DNA of 64,000 bases from contig CAIIXF020000001.1 in NCBI GenBank assembly GCA_903813345.2, forward strand, positions 12,772,001 to 12,836,000. The letters run 5' to 3'. The DNA comes from Owenia fusiformis. Taxonomy: Eukaryota. The translations under genes and the position numbers were made by a program. The notes below the pieces were generated by a model. That model saw only the letters and a program-made list of their open reading frames with translations. It had not been told where the DNA came from and did no database searches. Below, piece by piece: positions 12,701-25,500 of this stretch. The first letter of the stretch is position 1. The number at the start of each line of letters is the position of its first letter.

Positions 12701-15700
12701 AACAAGCAAACAAACAAACACTTCATATGGACAATGTTGGTTCCTTGCGGAAGATAATGCACCAGCCCTTTCATAATAATAACCCCAAAAAAAATAAACA
12801 AATATAAACCATACATTGTACGGATACCACATGTACATGTACGTATGTAAACATTTGACAAAACTATTTTGTTTTTCAGAAAATTTGCTTTGGAAATTTT
12901 TCTATATTCTAAGCTAACTACTAACCTTTCCTTAGCCTATGGAAAAATTGGAAATCATATCAAAAACTGACAGATCTGAATTGATGATCGACTAAATGAT
13001 GCAGCAAGAAGGGATCGAGACAAGAACTTTATTGCAATGAGCACTTTATAAGAACATATCCAAATTTTCTAAAATAGCCAAATTTCTTCCTCTACAATCA
13101 TATCTATTCTCTGGAGTAAATCAATTTTGGCAGGTAACCAAGCACCATGGAAATATTTGTAAATGTTTATACTAGGCCCCAACTGTATGTTAAGCCCACT
13201 ATGTATGTAATAGTTGTAAATAAACATGTGGACTAAGGGTTAGTAGGATAAACATACAAAATATCTTCTTCATGATGGTATCATCACAGCCATGAAATTC
13301 CATCGTGTGCATCTCGATGTAAGTCTGCATATGAAGAATTGTTTAAAGAATTAATCACATATATATTGAAGCTGGAGTTTCACTAGAATCTAAAAATGAC
13401 CTTGGGTGGGTTGTTCGTCTTAAAATGCAATGCAATTACATGACACACCTAGCCTAGCTTTATGTGAATATCGCATCATGTATTAAAAATACCAAGACAT
13501 TTCAACTTGCACATTGTTAACTTCCACATAAGAAACAAGATTTTTTTTATTTTTATTCATAAAGATAGCCCATGTACGCTGTATGAAGTGCATGGGGTAA
13601 TATCATAAAGATGAACCTCATAGTCCAAACAATGTATCAATATCGAGGCAATTCAGAAATGTGTTTATCATTTTTTCATGCATGAGTGTGTAATAAATAC
13701 TGATGGTATGTACCTGTGCGTGATAGTATTTCGTAAATAAACATATTGACTTCAGTCTCACCTCTCGCTTTGAAACCTCACCTCACCTAGTACAAACAAA
13801 TAAGATTCCCCTCACAACATAGCATTCATCAGTTCACGAGGTTTTGAAGAAATTTCGTGTGGGGGTTGAAAATAAAAAATTTGAAAAATCTCCTCAGACC
13901 AAAACAAAATAATCTTTGGGTTAAATCGGATAAAAAATATCAGGTAAATGACAGAGAGAATCCCTAATGACCCCATTACATCTTTGGGAAAATCAGACAA
14001 CTAAAGATATGAGGGGAAACAATTGAGGCACTAAAATGAACAAGAAAAATATGAAAACATAGTATCTAATAAATAATCCTAGCTCATTACAAATTTTGCA
14101 GAACAAAGTGTTTCAAAATAGTATTCAAAAATGGCTGAACTCAAAAGAATGAAGATTTGCTTTTTAAAAAGGCGAACTGAAGATATCCCTAATCTTCAAA
14201 GGCTATTTCTGTACCCTGAATAGCCACGAGCAATATTTTGGTGGAAGAGACATAAGTAGGACTTCCAAGTGTTTTCATTTATAGACCTGTCAATGGACTG
14301 TCCATTTTGAACAAATATGGAACATCAAAAGATATTCATATCTGTTAAAATTCAAATTGTAAAAATGGAATAACAAATTCAGAAAATAGTAAAATAAATA
14401 GACATGTACATTTTAAAGTTAACTATTCAAAATGATATGAAATCAGGTGCTTCATTCAAATTAGAGAGAAAAAAATTAAAAAGGAATAAAGATGCCATTT
14501 CTGGAATAGGTTATCTACTATGTAGTGATAATCCAAGCCTAAGTTTGCGTTGAGATATGTCACTACATTAATCAGAAAAGAAAGTTTAAAAGCTTTACTC
14601 AGATAGATAGCAGCAGCAACGTGATAATCAGAAACATAATGAATCAGAAAAATTCTTAAATGTACATACTGTAAGTAGCCTACATGTAAGTAAATGTGTG
14701 ATAAGAGAAAATACCAAAAAGTACTGAAAAAACAGAGAAGAGCATTTAGGAGTTCAACTAGTCAGACTTGAAAACATAAACCAACGGTCCCAAACAATGT
14801 TTTTTTATCATATATACAGAAACAGTGGCTGACACCTCCCCCCCCACCATCCTCATCATTATCCTAAACCTCTTGAGGCCCATAGGTGGGGATAATTAAG
14901 TTCAACATTCTTTCAATATTATGAATTTTCCACCATTTTGAGGAGAATTTAAGTGATTTTGGGCAAAATTGTCAAAGTCTCCCTAGTATTTTCTCAAGCC
15001 TGCCTCTTTCTAAGCTATAAACATATACATATACTGTTCATCGATCTAGAATACTCTTTTTGGATACCCTTATATTTTCATTTAATTGACATTAGGAATA
15101 TTAAAGTTTGGTTTATATAAAAGATGTCACATTTCTGCTGCCTGAGAGATACTATGAGAACTCATCAATTGTTAAAAGAACTCAGCTATGAGAGACATCT
15201 TTATAACCTTTATGATCATAATATAATATTTCTAATTTAATGTCTACTACATGTATTTTGATTACACCAAGTAAATAATTTTGTTTTGATGATTGTCATC
15301 AAAGCTGCAAATATCCATCCAAAGCTGCATTGATAAAGAAAACAAATGCTGATATCTCTAATGACATGCCTACACAGACATTCTAATAGGAATAATCCAA
15401 TTAAATATATGCAGAGCTAACTGCCATGTATTTCTATTCTAGTGAAGTGTTTTGACACCCACATAATGAAGACAAATAAAGTTCAATAATCCCTTAAATA
15501 CATAAACAAATCTTGTTCTTTATGAATTATGCATTATTGTTCTATTCTGGAATGTTTTAGGGGTTTTTGAATTTCCATATTTTTTATGAAGTTATACATA
15601 TTATTCGGTTTTGTTTTGATGTCAGATCTTACTGTCAATGGACTGAGAATTTAAGTTCATTAACATTCCATGAATCTTTTTTATGTCTTAGGGAGAATTG

Positions 15701-16135
15701 GGTATCAATTATTTTCATCAGTTTTGAATATTTACTTCATTTGATTATATTAAAATGAATTAGCGGTTTAACTACACATACAGCACATTTTAACCATTTG
15801 AGTTTTTCTTTGAACTTGATGTGTTAAATATAAAACAAATTTAACCATCTACCAACGAGTACTTTCTTAAATATCTCATGTGGATATATGATACATATAG
15901 CTTAACATTTTTATTTTGTTAAAATTTCAATGACATTGACCATTTTTCTAATCTAGGTTCACCCCACAAGCACCAACACAATCATTCTTGATCATAAATG
16001 CACTGGTTGATCCCCTGATGATGTTTTTCCTTTGTTCTACTATTTGCCATTGTAAGGAGCCATCATCATGGTCATAATATTCGGGGTACAGTTTTTATTT
16101 TGTGTTACTTTTGGACTTAAAATTCAATATGAGGG

Positions 16136-17028
16136 TAAAGAGTGGGTATCGATATGGCGAACTTTTTGAACACACGTTTCTCTTAAACCAGTCATCAAAA
16201 TTATTTGAAAATCTTACAAATTGTCAATTTAATAGCCATCTTTTGAATGGTAACAATATAATTTGAAATAGATATACATACTTTTATCTATATTGGTAAA
16301 AAATTGATGCTGACATATATTGATCAATATGTAGGGAATGCTTAAATCTAGTTATCATGCAATTCATTGCAAGAAATGATCAAGTATAAGGCAAACTTTG
16401 AGAAACTTGTCAATCACAAAACCTGCCATTGATTTTTACATAAGAAAGTTTCCTGAAAATGACCTACTTTTTGTCAAATTTTATAGAGTTAACACCAAAA
16501 ACTGTAATTCCAAGAGCTTTGAAATCTTCAGAGGACATAAGTTGCATATACAGGAACTACTACAAGTTATTTGAAAGTTCTACTTTAACAGAGTGTCTAG
16601 TATTTACAGAAAATTTGACTTTTTGACGTCAAAATCAGCAATTTCTCGGAAACCGGGCGAACTTGGGAAATGGCGATGATAGGTCAAATAGGCATTATGG
16701 ATATGCATAAAATGACTGTGGAGATGACTCAATCCGAATAGCAGTTTTAATTTGTGTGGCCAATGTTGACGGATGGACGGACAGACGGACCAACGGACAT
16801 ACGCCTGGTCGATCCCACAGGCTCACTGTGTGAGCCAAAAACAATTGCACTAAAAAAAAATGTTAACAAAAAAAGTTATATAAAATATTTTAAAATAATT
16901 TTCGCATTAAATTGTTGTCAATCAGTCAACATTACATAAAATACCTTTTTTTACAGAATGTATTCAATGATTGGTTTAAGAGAAAAACATTGTTGAATTC
17001 AGTTCTCCATATCGATACCTATCCTTTA
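16136..17028. mobile_element. Kolobok-like non-autonomous element (related copy at ~43745-44486)
   Basis: Ends taaagagtgggtatcgatatgg / ccatatcgatacctatcctttaa. The same terminal blocks recur at 43745 and 44460. Confidence 0.55.
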
Positions 17029-17945
17029 AACACATTGAAGATGTAATCTTCATAACCTTTTTGCCACAGACATGTGTCATCTTCATATATTTAAGAAAAT
17101 ATCAGCATTTGAGAACAAATGGTTAATAGTACAATAACATCATTTCTGTGGGCAATATAGTGAAAAATTGGACCAAGGGCCTTTGAATTATTACCGCCGT
17201 TTATTACCAGGGCTAAAATGGTAAAAACTGACTGGCCACTAAGCGAAATTATACGCACTAAATGATATCTCATTTCCCAAGAACATTGCCGGGCTGAAAT
17301 ATCATTATTGGTCCGGCACTATGACGTCACATATTGCTCAGGCCAATATAGTAAAATAAAATAAACGCCTCACAACAGACTGCAAAATACGGGGCACCTA
17401 AACCTGAACTTCTATGGATGCAACCATGCAAAAAACTAATTTGGAATTATTTGTTAGATTAGATAGATTTTATAATGAAATTATCCAAACATAATGAGTA
17501 ATTTTATTTTAATCTAATTTCTACTTTTTTAAATTGTTTTTCAACATAAAAATTTTACAACCATTAAACAATGCCACCATTCACTATCTAAAATATTCCA
17601 TAAATCTACAGACACTGTCTGTACTCTAGACAACTATAGACAATCAATTGACGAGTCATATAGACTGTTTTCATGTGTAATTTATGCTTTACAGAGTGAT
17701 TTAATAGTAAAGTCCTCAGAAAGATCTCTATCAATCCATCATGAGAAATCATGGCCTTCTTTTAGCTTCGTTCTGGAAGGAATTTCTCGTTGAAGGTAGG
17801 ATAATGTGATGAGTATGAGAATGCTTTCACCTACAAATAGCTTAATTCTCATTGTTTTGTGTATTTGAATAAATAGCATGTAAAGCAAGAGTACTTTAAA
17901 AAACATGATTAAGCTAAACAAATATATTAAAGGCAGAATCAGATA

Positions 17946-20061
17946 CACCCCGGGTGATCAATATCCTGTGTTCCGAATTTCGTTCCAGCAAGTCAGTGAC
18001 CCGAGTTGTGTTTTACTGAATCCCGACAAATATGGCGGCTAATTTGACAACAGACGATGTTGATGTCGACAATTATTCAAAACTTTCTGACAGCATAAGG
18101 TAAGACTGAATATAGAGTGGCGCATTCGGTGCCTAAATATGTTTGCAACATTTTCTTAGTTGTTTATCCATATGCGTTGGGCATTACTGCTAATCGAAGC
18201 ATAAGTAAACGTGACCTCATTTTCAACGCTCGCTGGAAAGTATGTCACCGAGCAGTTTTTGACCTTCTGTTAGTTAATGAGATAAACTGTTATCATGGTA
18301 TAATTGCTGGGTAGACGTTCAAAGTATGTACCAACTCGTGCTTCCAGTGAATGTAAACCATTTCTTTGCATAAGCGTCCTAGAAGGCATAATAAGATATA
18401 TTCCATAGTAGTACCGAGTAGGAATCGCCAGTGTTCCGACGCACTTCATGGATAAATGCTTATAGACTATTGAATCATAATGAACAGAAGCAGTGTATAC
18501 TCACGTGTGATATCTTAATTTATCAAAAATAAGAATTGAATGCATTTGATAATATTGATACTTTGCCAACTTGACTGATTTTTTTCTAGTCTGAGTAATT
18601 AATAAATGAGTAGTGAATTTGATTAATTGAGGATTTCCCATGTTAAAATATGTGAAAATTGTCAAGAGGCCACACACATCAGAGGATGAGAGTACAATGC
18701 AACATGTGTAAATTATGAGACTATGTTGCAACACCTTCAAAGAATGGTCATTTCACAATCCACATTGCACATACTGTAGCAGGCATTTTTATGATATATT
18801 TTAACATTGTCACAAAAACCAGGGATTGACAAAAAATATAGCATATCATATAGCAGGTATATGCCAGGTATTGTAATATATTTCAACGTTGTCACTGTTA
18901 GAGTAGGCGCTACAATTTACCCATAAAAATATAATAATATTGACAACAGGCTAAAAAGTCTTCACAGTAAGCCATAAATGTCACATAAAGGCGACGGTCA
19001 CACCAGGCTTTCACGATAGCATTGCTAAGGTAATGGCAGGATCCATGCATAATTTATTAAATCAGGCCCGCAGATAGGAGGGGGGGGGGGGGGGGCTGGT
19101 CAGAAATTCTCTCAAAAACTTGCAGTTTTTCACCATTCTGAGCACTTTTCACATGATTTTTTGCCAAAACAACAGATGCCAGCCAGATCATACTTATAGT
19201 AGAAGGCTAGGCTCAAATAAACCTCAAATTGAGGTATTATCATTGAGATACTGATACTATACATACGATCGTGCTATCAAAACTGTCAAAAAGCCCCCCC
19301 CCCTTGGCAAAAACTCCACCCTTGGTAAAACCGCTAATCATGTGAAAAGTTCAATTTTTTTTAATAGTTATATTCCTTCTATAAAGTGGGTACGCTTTTT
19401 GGGACACCCTGTATTTGCAGTTCAATGCCAATGTGGAAATCAATATACAGGGAAATTCGATCTCGAATTTGTAAAATAATAACAAGAAAGGTAGCACCAA
19501 ATTAGCTTGATGTATTCATGAATGGATTCTCAAAAGTATACGAAATATATATAATCTTATTCTGTAGCTTCGGGACAATGACTATTCCTATTCGGTAGAA
19601 TGGAATATATCTTTCAACGACTTCTATGACGCTTATGAAAGATAATAGCTTGGATTCAAACATAGCACAAGTTGAGACATACTAATAAGGTATACTTTAC
19701 AGTTATACAATGCTCAGAGTATCCATCATTACTTACAGAAGGCAAAGAACGACTCGCTGATATCGTTTTCTGCGAGCTTTTCGAACTGGGTCATGTTGGT
19801 TTTATGCTTCGATTTGCATTAATAGCCTACACATATGGATAATCGTTTAGGAACATGTTGAAAACATATTCCAGCACCGAATGCATTACTCTATATTCAT
19901 TCTTACCTTATGCTATCTGATTTGTTTGACACATTTTCGTCACCTGGCTCGTCCAGTGGCGAACGAGACGCCATATTTATCGGGATTCAGTAAAAACACA
20001 ACTCGGGTCACTGACTTGCTGGAACGAAATTCGGAACACAGGATATTGATCACCCGGGGTG
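17946..20061. mobile_element. Non-autonomous Transib-like element A (2116 bp, long TIRs, 5-bp TSD AGATA)
   Basis: Left end CACCCCGGGTGATCAATATCCTGTGTTCCG is matched by an inverted right end ending ...GATCACCCGGGGTG. About 90 bp are near-perfect, then degenerate inverted similarity continues for ~500 bp. AGATA lies at 17941-17945 and 20062-20066. Confidence 0.85.
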
Positions 20062-22537
20062 AGATAGGGGGTGACAAAATTACAAGCAACATGCATAACT
20101 GACCTACCAATCTATTCCTTACAATATCAAATACAATGTCTCCCAAAAGATTCAAAATATGTTATAAATTGGTGAAGTTATTAATGATTCAAAGTGCAAA
20201 AATGGGCGAAAAATGTTTAAATTCTCCCAAATAATAAGAATGGTAACCATTCTTATAGAAAAATGATACATTATTATAAAAATCTTTCGTTTTCCTTGAA
20301 TAAAGTATGCACTTTTGTGATTTTTAGAAAATAGACATGACAAGGAATGACATGAGCCAAAAATATTCTAAAATTGAAACAATTTTTTGTTGAGCCTGCT
20401 CGCTTCTCCGATTCTCTCTTGCCATAGTAAAGTATGGACTGGAGATTAAATGGTGACTCAAACTGAAATTTAAATTGTTACTTTCTGTATCCATCTAAAT
20501 TCTCCTACAATGAATGCACTATGATTCCCACGACAATGACCTAAAAGAGATTAATAATGAAAAACTTGATTTGCATAAAAAACTTAACAAATCTTTATAA
20601 AAATAATTCCTTAGCTAATATTATTGTTTTGCCATGGAATATGATATGAATTATACATTGAACCCATTTGCAATAAAGATTTAAGCTGGAAAGTAATATA
20701 TACTCACAGTGGTAAAATACACAATATCATTTAATAAAAACATAAAATATCTTCAAATCTGTTATCCTTCGAAATAAAACAAAATTAAAACAAGGTATTA
20801 ACATGCAAAATGTCACCTGCCATTTCTTACAGACACCAACCACTGAATACCATCCACAAGAAAAGTTGGAGACTATACAAATATGTCACCACTTGTGATG
20901 GCGTCATACATTTTCTATTATTTTTGTTCACTAGACCACATGGCACAATAATTGTTACAGATATAAACTAATTTCATTCCCTATCTATGATTTATTGCTA
21001 TCTTAAAAATAGAATTACTCAGATGCGAGTAGGTAGTTGCCAGTTTCGCCACCAGGTGGCTGATTCGGGGGAATTAACATGGCAGGGTATTACAAAATTC
21101 CCTTAAACTTGAATATGCATCAGTTTTAGTGGTTCACTTTTCATATAACCCTTATGTATCTGATAGTTATACAAATTAAAATATGTCCAGTAAAAGAAAA
21201 TATTATCTGCCCAACACAGGAAAAGATATTTCACTTTTTGTGGTTTTACAGCATGGGGTATATGGGGAATCTCCCCGACCTAGAAATCTCATTTTCAAAG
21301 AAAATTAAATTTTCAAAGTTGATAAACTCTTTTCAAAACCACATTTCTAAATGTAATTTTACATGTAGATTCCAAATATGACATCAGTTTGACTGAATTG
21401 TGGATTTTTAATGACGTAAATCAAGATTATTTCTACTCGCATCTGGGATATTGAAAATGAAATAATGGACCAAATATTGGACCAAAGATTTAAATCTTAG
21501 ATTTAAGATTTAAATAAATTACAACAATCATGATTTTCAGAATATATTTCCCTTGAATGTCCCCTTTTGTCCAAATAAAATGATAATGTCCAGAGTGTCC
21601 AGAAAGTCTTTCACTGTATAACATGTTAAATTAAGAAGAATGCATATCTTTCAAACTGACTTAACTTTTTAATTAAATTACATATCAAGATGAAACAACA
21701 AATTTCAAACTTTGATGATAATGTATGATTACCCAATTGTATCATGAAGTAGTTTGTATATCTAAAAAATAATTCTTTTTTATCCCTCAGCTATTCTTAA
21801 AGGCACAGTCGTTTCAGAATAAACCTGTAGTTGTTATCATAATGGTAATAACACATCTTGATCTATCAAGGTATAACATGTGAATGAAGAAACAAACTGG
21901 TTTTTAAAACAGTATGAAGATAACCATCATCATATAACTATCCTATAATTGGTAATCAAAACTAAGACTTTTTTGCCAGGTATACATTATTAAATTAGAT
22001 TACAAGATAGTGACAAGATTCTCAGGACACCCTTTAATACACCTTTTAATGTTTGATCATATATCTTGCTTTCAAATGTAAGCTTTCAGCCCTTTGTGCA
22101 CATTGAAGATACCAAATAAAAAGTAAATTCAACTTAATTAAATATGAAAAATCATTACAGATGTAATTTGTTTGGACATGGGGAAATTAAGAAAGTTCAA
22201 TTACTATAACAATATGATTTATTGATCAAAATGGCCAGAAGTATTGTGCTGCATCACTGATTGACTTCCCTAAGATATTTTCATATGTTTAAATTGTCAA
22301 GTAATGTCTTTTTACATGAGTATTTATAAACTGTCCAATTATACCACATCTTGCTTTAATTTAGAGAATGTTCTTCTGTTTTGACATTCTGCCTTTACAT
22401 TGGCCCGTTTCCTCTGTTTAAGTGCTACACTGTGATATTTTACTTCCTGGTTAATTGCCTTTTGCTGTCTCATAATAAATATATCAGAATTATTGGATCT
22501 TTCCTGTTTGAGACACCAACAAGGCAAGAGGTGAAAG

Positions 22538-25500
22538 ATGAAAAACAAACTTCTATTCTTGGCTTATTTCATTGGATTATTACTAATTTCAAATTCTAAA
22601 ACTATTGAAGTAAGTAATTATGATAGTTTATACCTACTACTACAAAGTTATACTAATTAAGATAATTTGAAATCAAATTAATGTCTTATGTTATATACAC
22701 AATCATATATTGACAGGTATACTAAATTATAAAGCAAACCCTGGATGAGTTGAACGGTTCAACTATTAGATGGATTTTATAATAGATATACTGTTTGACA
22801 TATCCTGTTAATATTGTAAAATAAATGCGATAAGTACTCATTTAACAAGTTAATTTGCATTTTTATTTAAACAACTATATGGTAAATACTGTTATAAGAT
22901 TGATTTGACAAATTGTTAATGCTAACAAAAAATGTTCACTTTAACTTGTGAATAAAATATATTTTTACTTGATTTGCAGTGGTCAATGCAGCGTAAATGC
23001 ATACTCCTATTTTGATGTTTATTCTACTATTGTAATTTATGCCGATTCCTGCACTTCCATCAAAAAACTATACATTATTAAAATGTGGATTTTTTTGGCA
23101 CACCCTAAATATTCTATAACTGCCTCATATATATATTCTCAGAAAAATTTCGAATAAACCATGACATTTTCAACAGTTCTACCTAACTTTAAACATGCTG
23201 TGACATGGAATAAGTAATCATTGAATACTTGCAAGATTTCTGATGTCATTCACAGCTTCAAGTGGCAATCGGATCAACTTATTGCTACAGTTTCTTTTAA
23301 AGAATTCTTTCAATTTGAAATACAAACATTTGAACCTGCAAAGTATGTTGTCATAAATCTAGCCATTATACAAAAGTTTTCTTTGTTTCTTTATTCTTGA
23401 TATTCATTTAATTTTTTGATAGTAATATTTTAGAACCTCTGTCAGTATTCTAAAAAGTGTTCCACCATGGAGGTGCATCCTTGGTCCAAGGGTATTTCAC
23501 TTCTTTTTGAGTAATAAATGAAGTCCTTTGAATGAAGGATGGGGAGGTGCTCCATTGAAAGATATTCAATATCCCCTTCAAGGGGTCCAAGTGAATTATA
23601 GGACCTATATAATGGTTAGCTAATGCCCTAAGGCATCAAAGGTTAGACAATGGTAAGAAAAAAGTCCACCATCAATATAATTACCAATATGATTTCTAAG
23701 CTTCATTGTTATCCTTTAGTCAAACAGTCATGTTTAATTCAAGATAATTACACTGAACATATAACTTAATTAAATGTTATGAGCTATTATAACTGTTACA
23801 TGTACATTGTTTTATATAATTTATACACAATAAAAAGTACTAAATAACCAATTTCCAGTACTATAAAAGTTCACACTTAGTTGGGAGAGTTCAAAACAGT
23901 TTCCCCATTTTTGCATTTGAATCTCAAATAACTTCACCAATTAATACATATTGCAGATTTTTATTCATATTATATTTGAGATCCTTAGGAATACATTATT
24001 AGGTTAACTGTTCATATTTCAAGCAATATTGTTACCCCTAAATTATGAGATTATTATGAATCTTATCTGATTCCTCCTTTAACAAGTATAATTTGGTTCA
24101 CATAATGTGCACCATTAAATGTCTAATTAATTTTTTCTTATTTGTATATACAATTTTCTTATTTATATATATAGATCTGATTCTTCCTTTAGTATGTATA
24201 ATTTGGTTCACATAATGTGCACCATAAAATGTCTATGTAAATGTTTTCTTATTTTTCTTATTTATATATAGAATTTTCTTATTTATATACCTGATTCTTC
24301 CTTTAGTATGTACAATTTGGTTCACATAATGTGCACCATAAAATGTCTGTGTAAATTTTTTCTTATTTTTCTTATTTATATATAGAATTTTCTTATTTAT
24401 ATACCTGATTCTTCCTTTAGTATGTATAATTTGGTTCACATAATGTGCACCATAAAATGTCTATGTAAATGTTTTCTTATTTTTCTTATTTATATATAGA
24501 ATTTTCTTATTTATATACCTGATTCTTCCTTTAGTATATATAATTTGGTTCACATAATGTGCACCATAAAATGTCTATGTAAATTTTTTCTTATTTGTCT
24601 TATTAATATATAGAATTTTCTTATTTATATACCTGATTCTTCCTTTAGTATGTACAATTTGGTTCACATAATGTGCACCATAAAATGTCTATGTAAATTT
24701 TTTCTTATTTTTCTTATTTATATATAGAATTTTCTTATTTATATAGATCTGGTTCTTGCTTTAACATGTATGATTTGGTTCACCGAATGTGCATCATTTG
24801 TATGTAAAATTTTTCTTATTTGAATTTTTTGTGAAATCAGGATGATAATGAGATTGAGAAAGAGCCCAGTGAGAGCAAACTTGGGGAAGGACCAGAAGAT
24901 GGATACCAAGAAGGTAATGAGGTCAAAGAGACAGAACAAGCAATCCCTTCTTTCATTCATGTCTACTCTTGTCATTTTCTTCACATTTCCAAGACAAAAA
25001 AACCAAGAACAGACTAGTGCTGTACTTCAAATAATGGAAATCACTTTTATCTAGTTGTAAAGTACAGCTAGATGTAATGTAGGAATAAAATATTTTATCC
25101 AAGTCTCATTATTGGGAAGCTATTTTTACCATTCATAAATAAAGTTTTGCAATTTTTATAAATTGACATTGACATTTATTGCTCTATTAATACTTTAATG
25201 TTTAACTCAAAAAACACAATATGCGTCAACATATAGTATACAAAACACAATATGCTTTGACATATAGTATATATTTTTTCTTTTACAGTTGAAGACAATC
25301 CTGAGGAGAATGGTGGTATGTGATTTTGAATTTGATAGAGGCATAACAAATAACTTATTTAGAATTTGATATAATATACATCTGTATAAACCGTAAATGA
25401 AAATTGCTTTCCCTGAACATATTCAATTTCATCACATCTAAAAATATTGTATAGCCATATATCTTGGGGAATTGTTTACAATCAGGATCATATCCATGAA

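Noticed and set aside
9450-15500. Patches that look like decayed coding sequence (possible old retroelement) and short aacacctctcc repeats at ~11560-11745
   Set aside because: No diagnostic motif or consistent frame could be reconstructed by eye; this needs tblastx or RepeatMasker.
24060-24820. Regularly spaced repeats superficially like a CRISPR array
   Set aside because: Whole units are repeated with no unique spacers, there are no cas genes, and the context is a eukaryotic intron.
24842-25054. 70-aa ORF from the track
   Set aside because: Overlaps astacin 1 exon 2 in a different frame and has no recognisable features.
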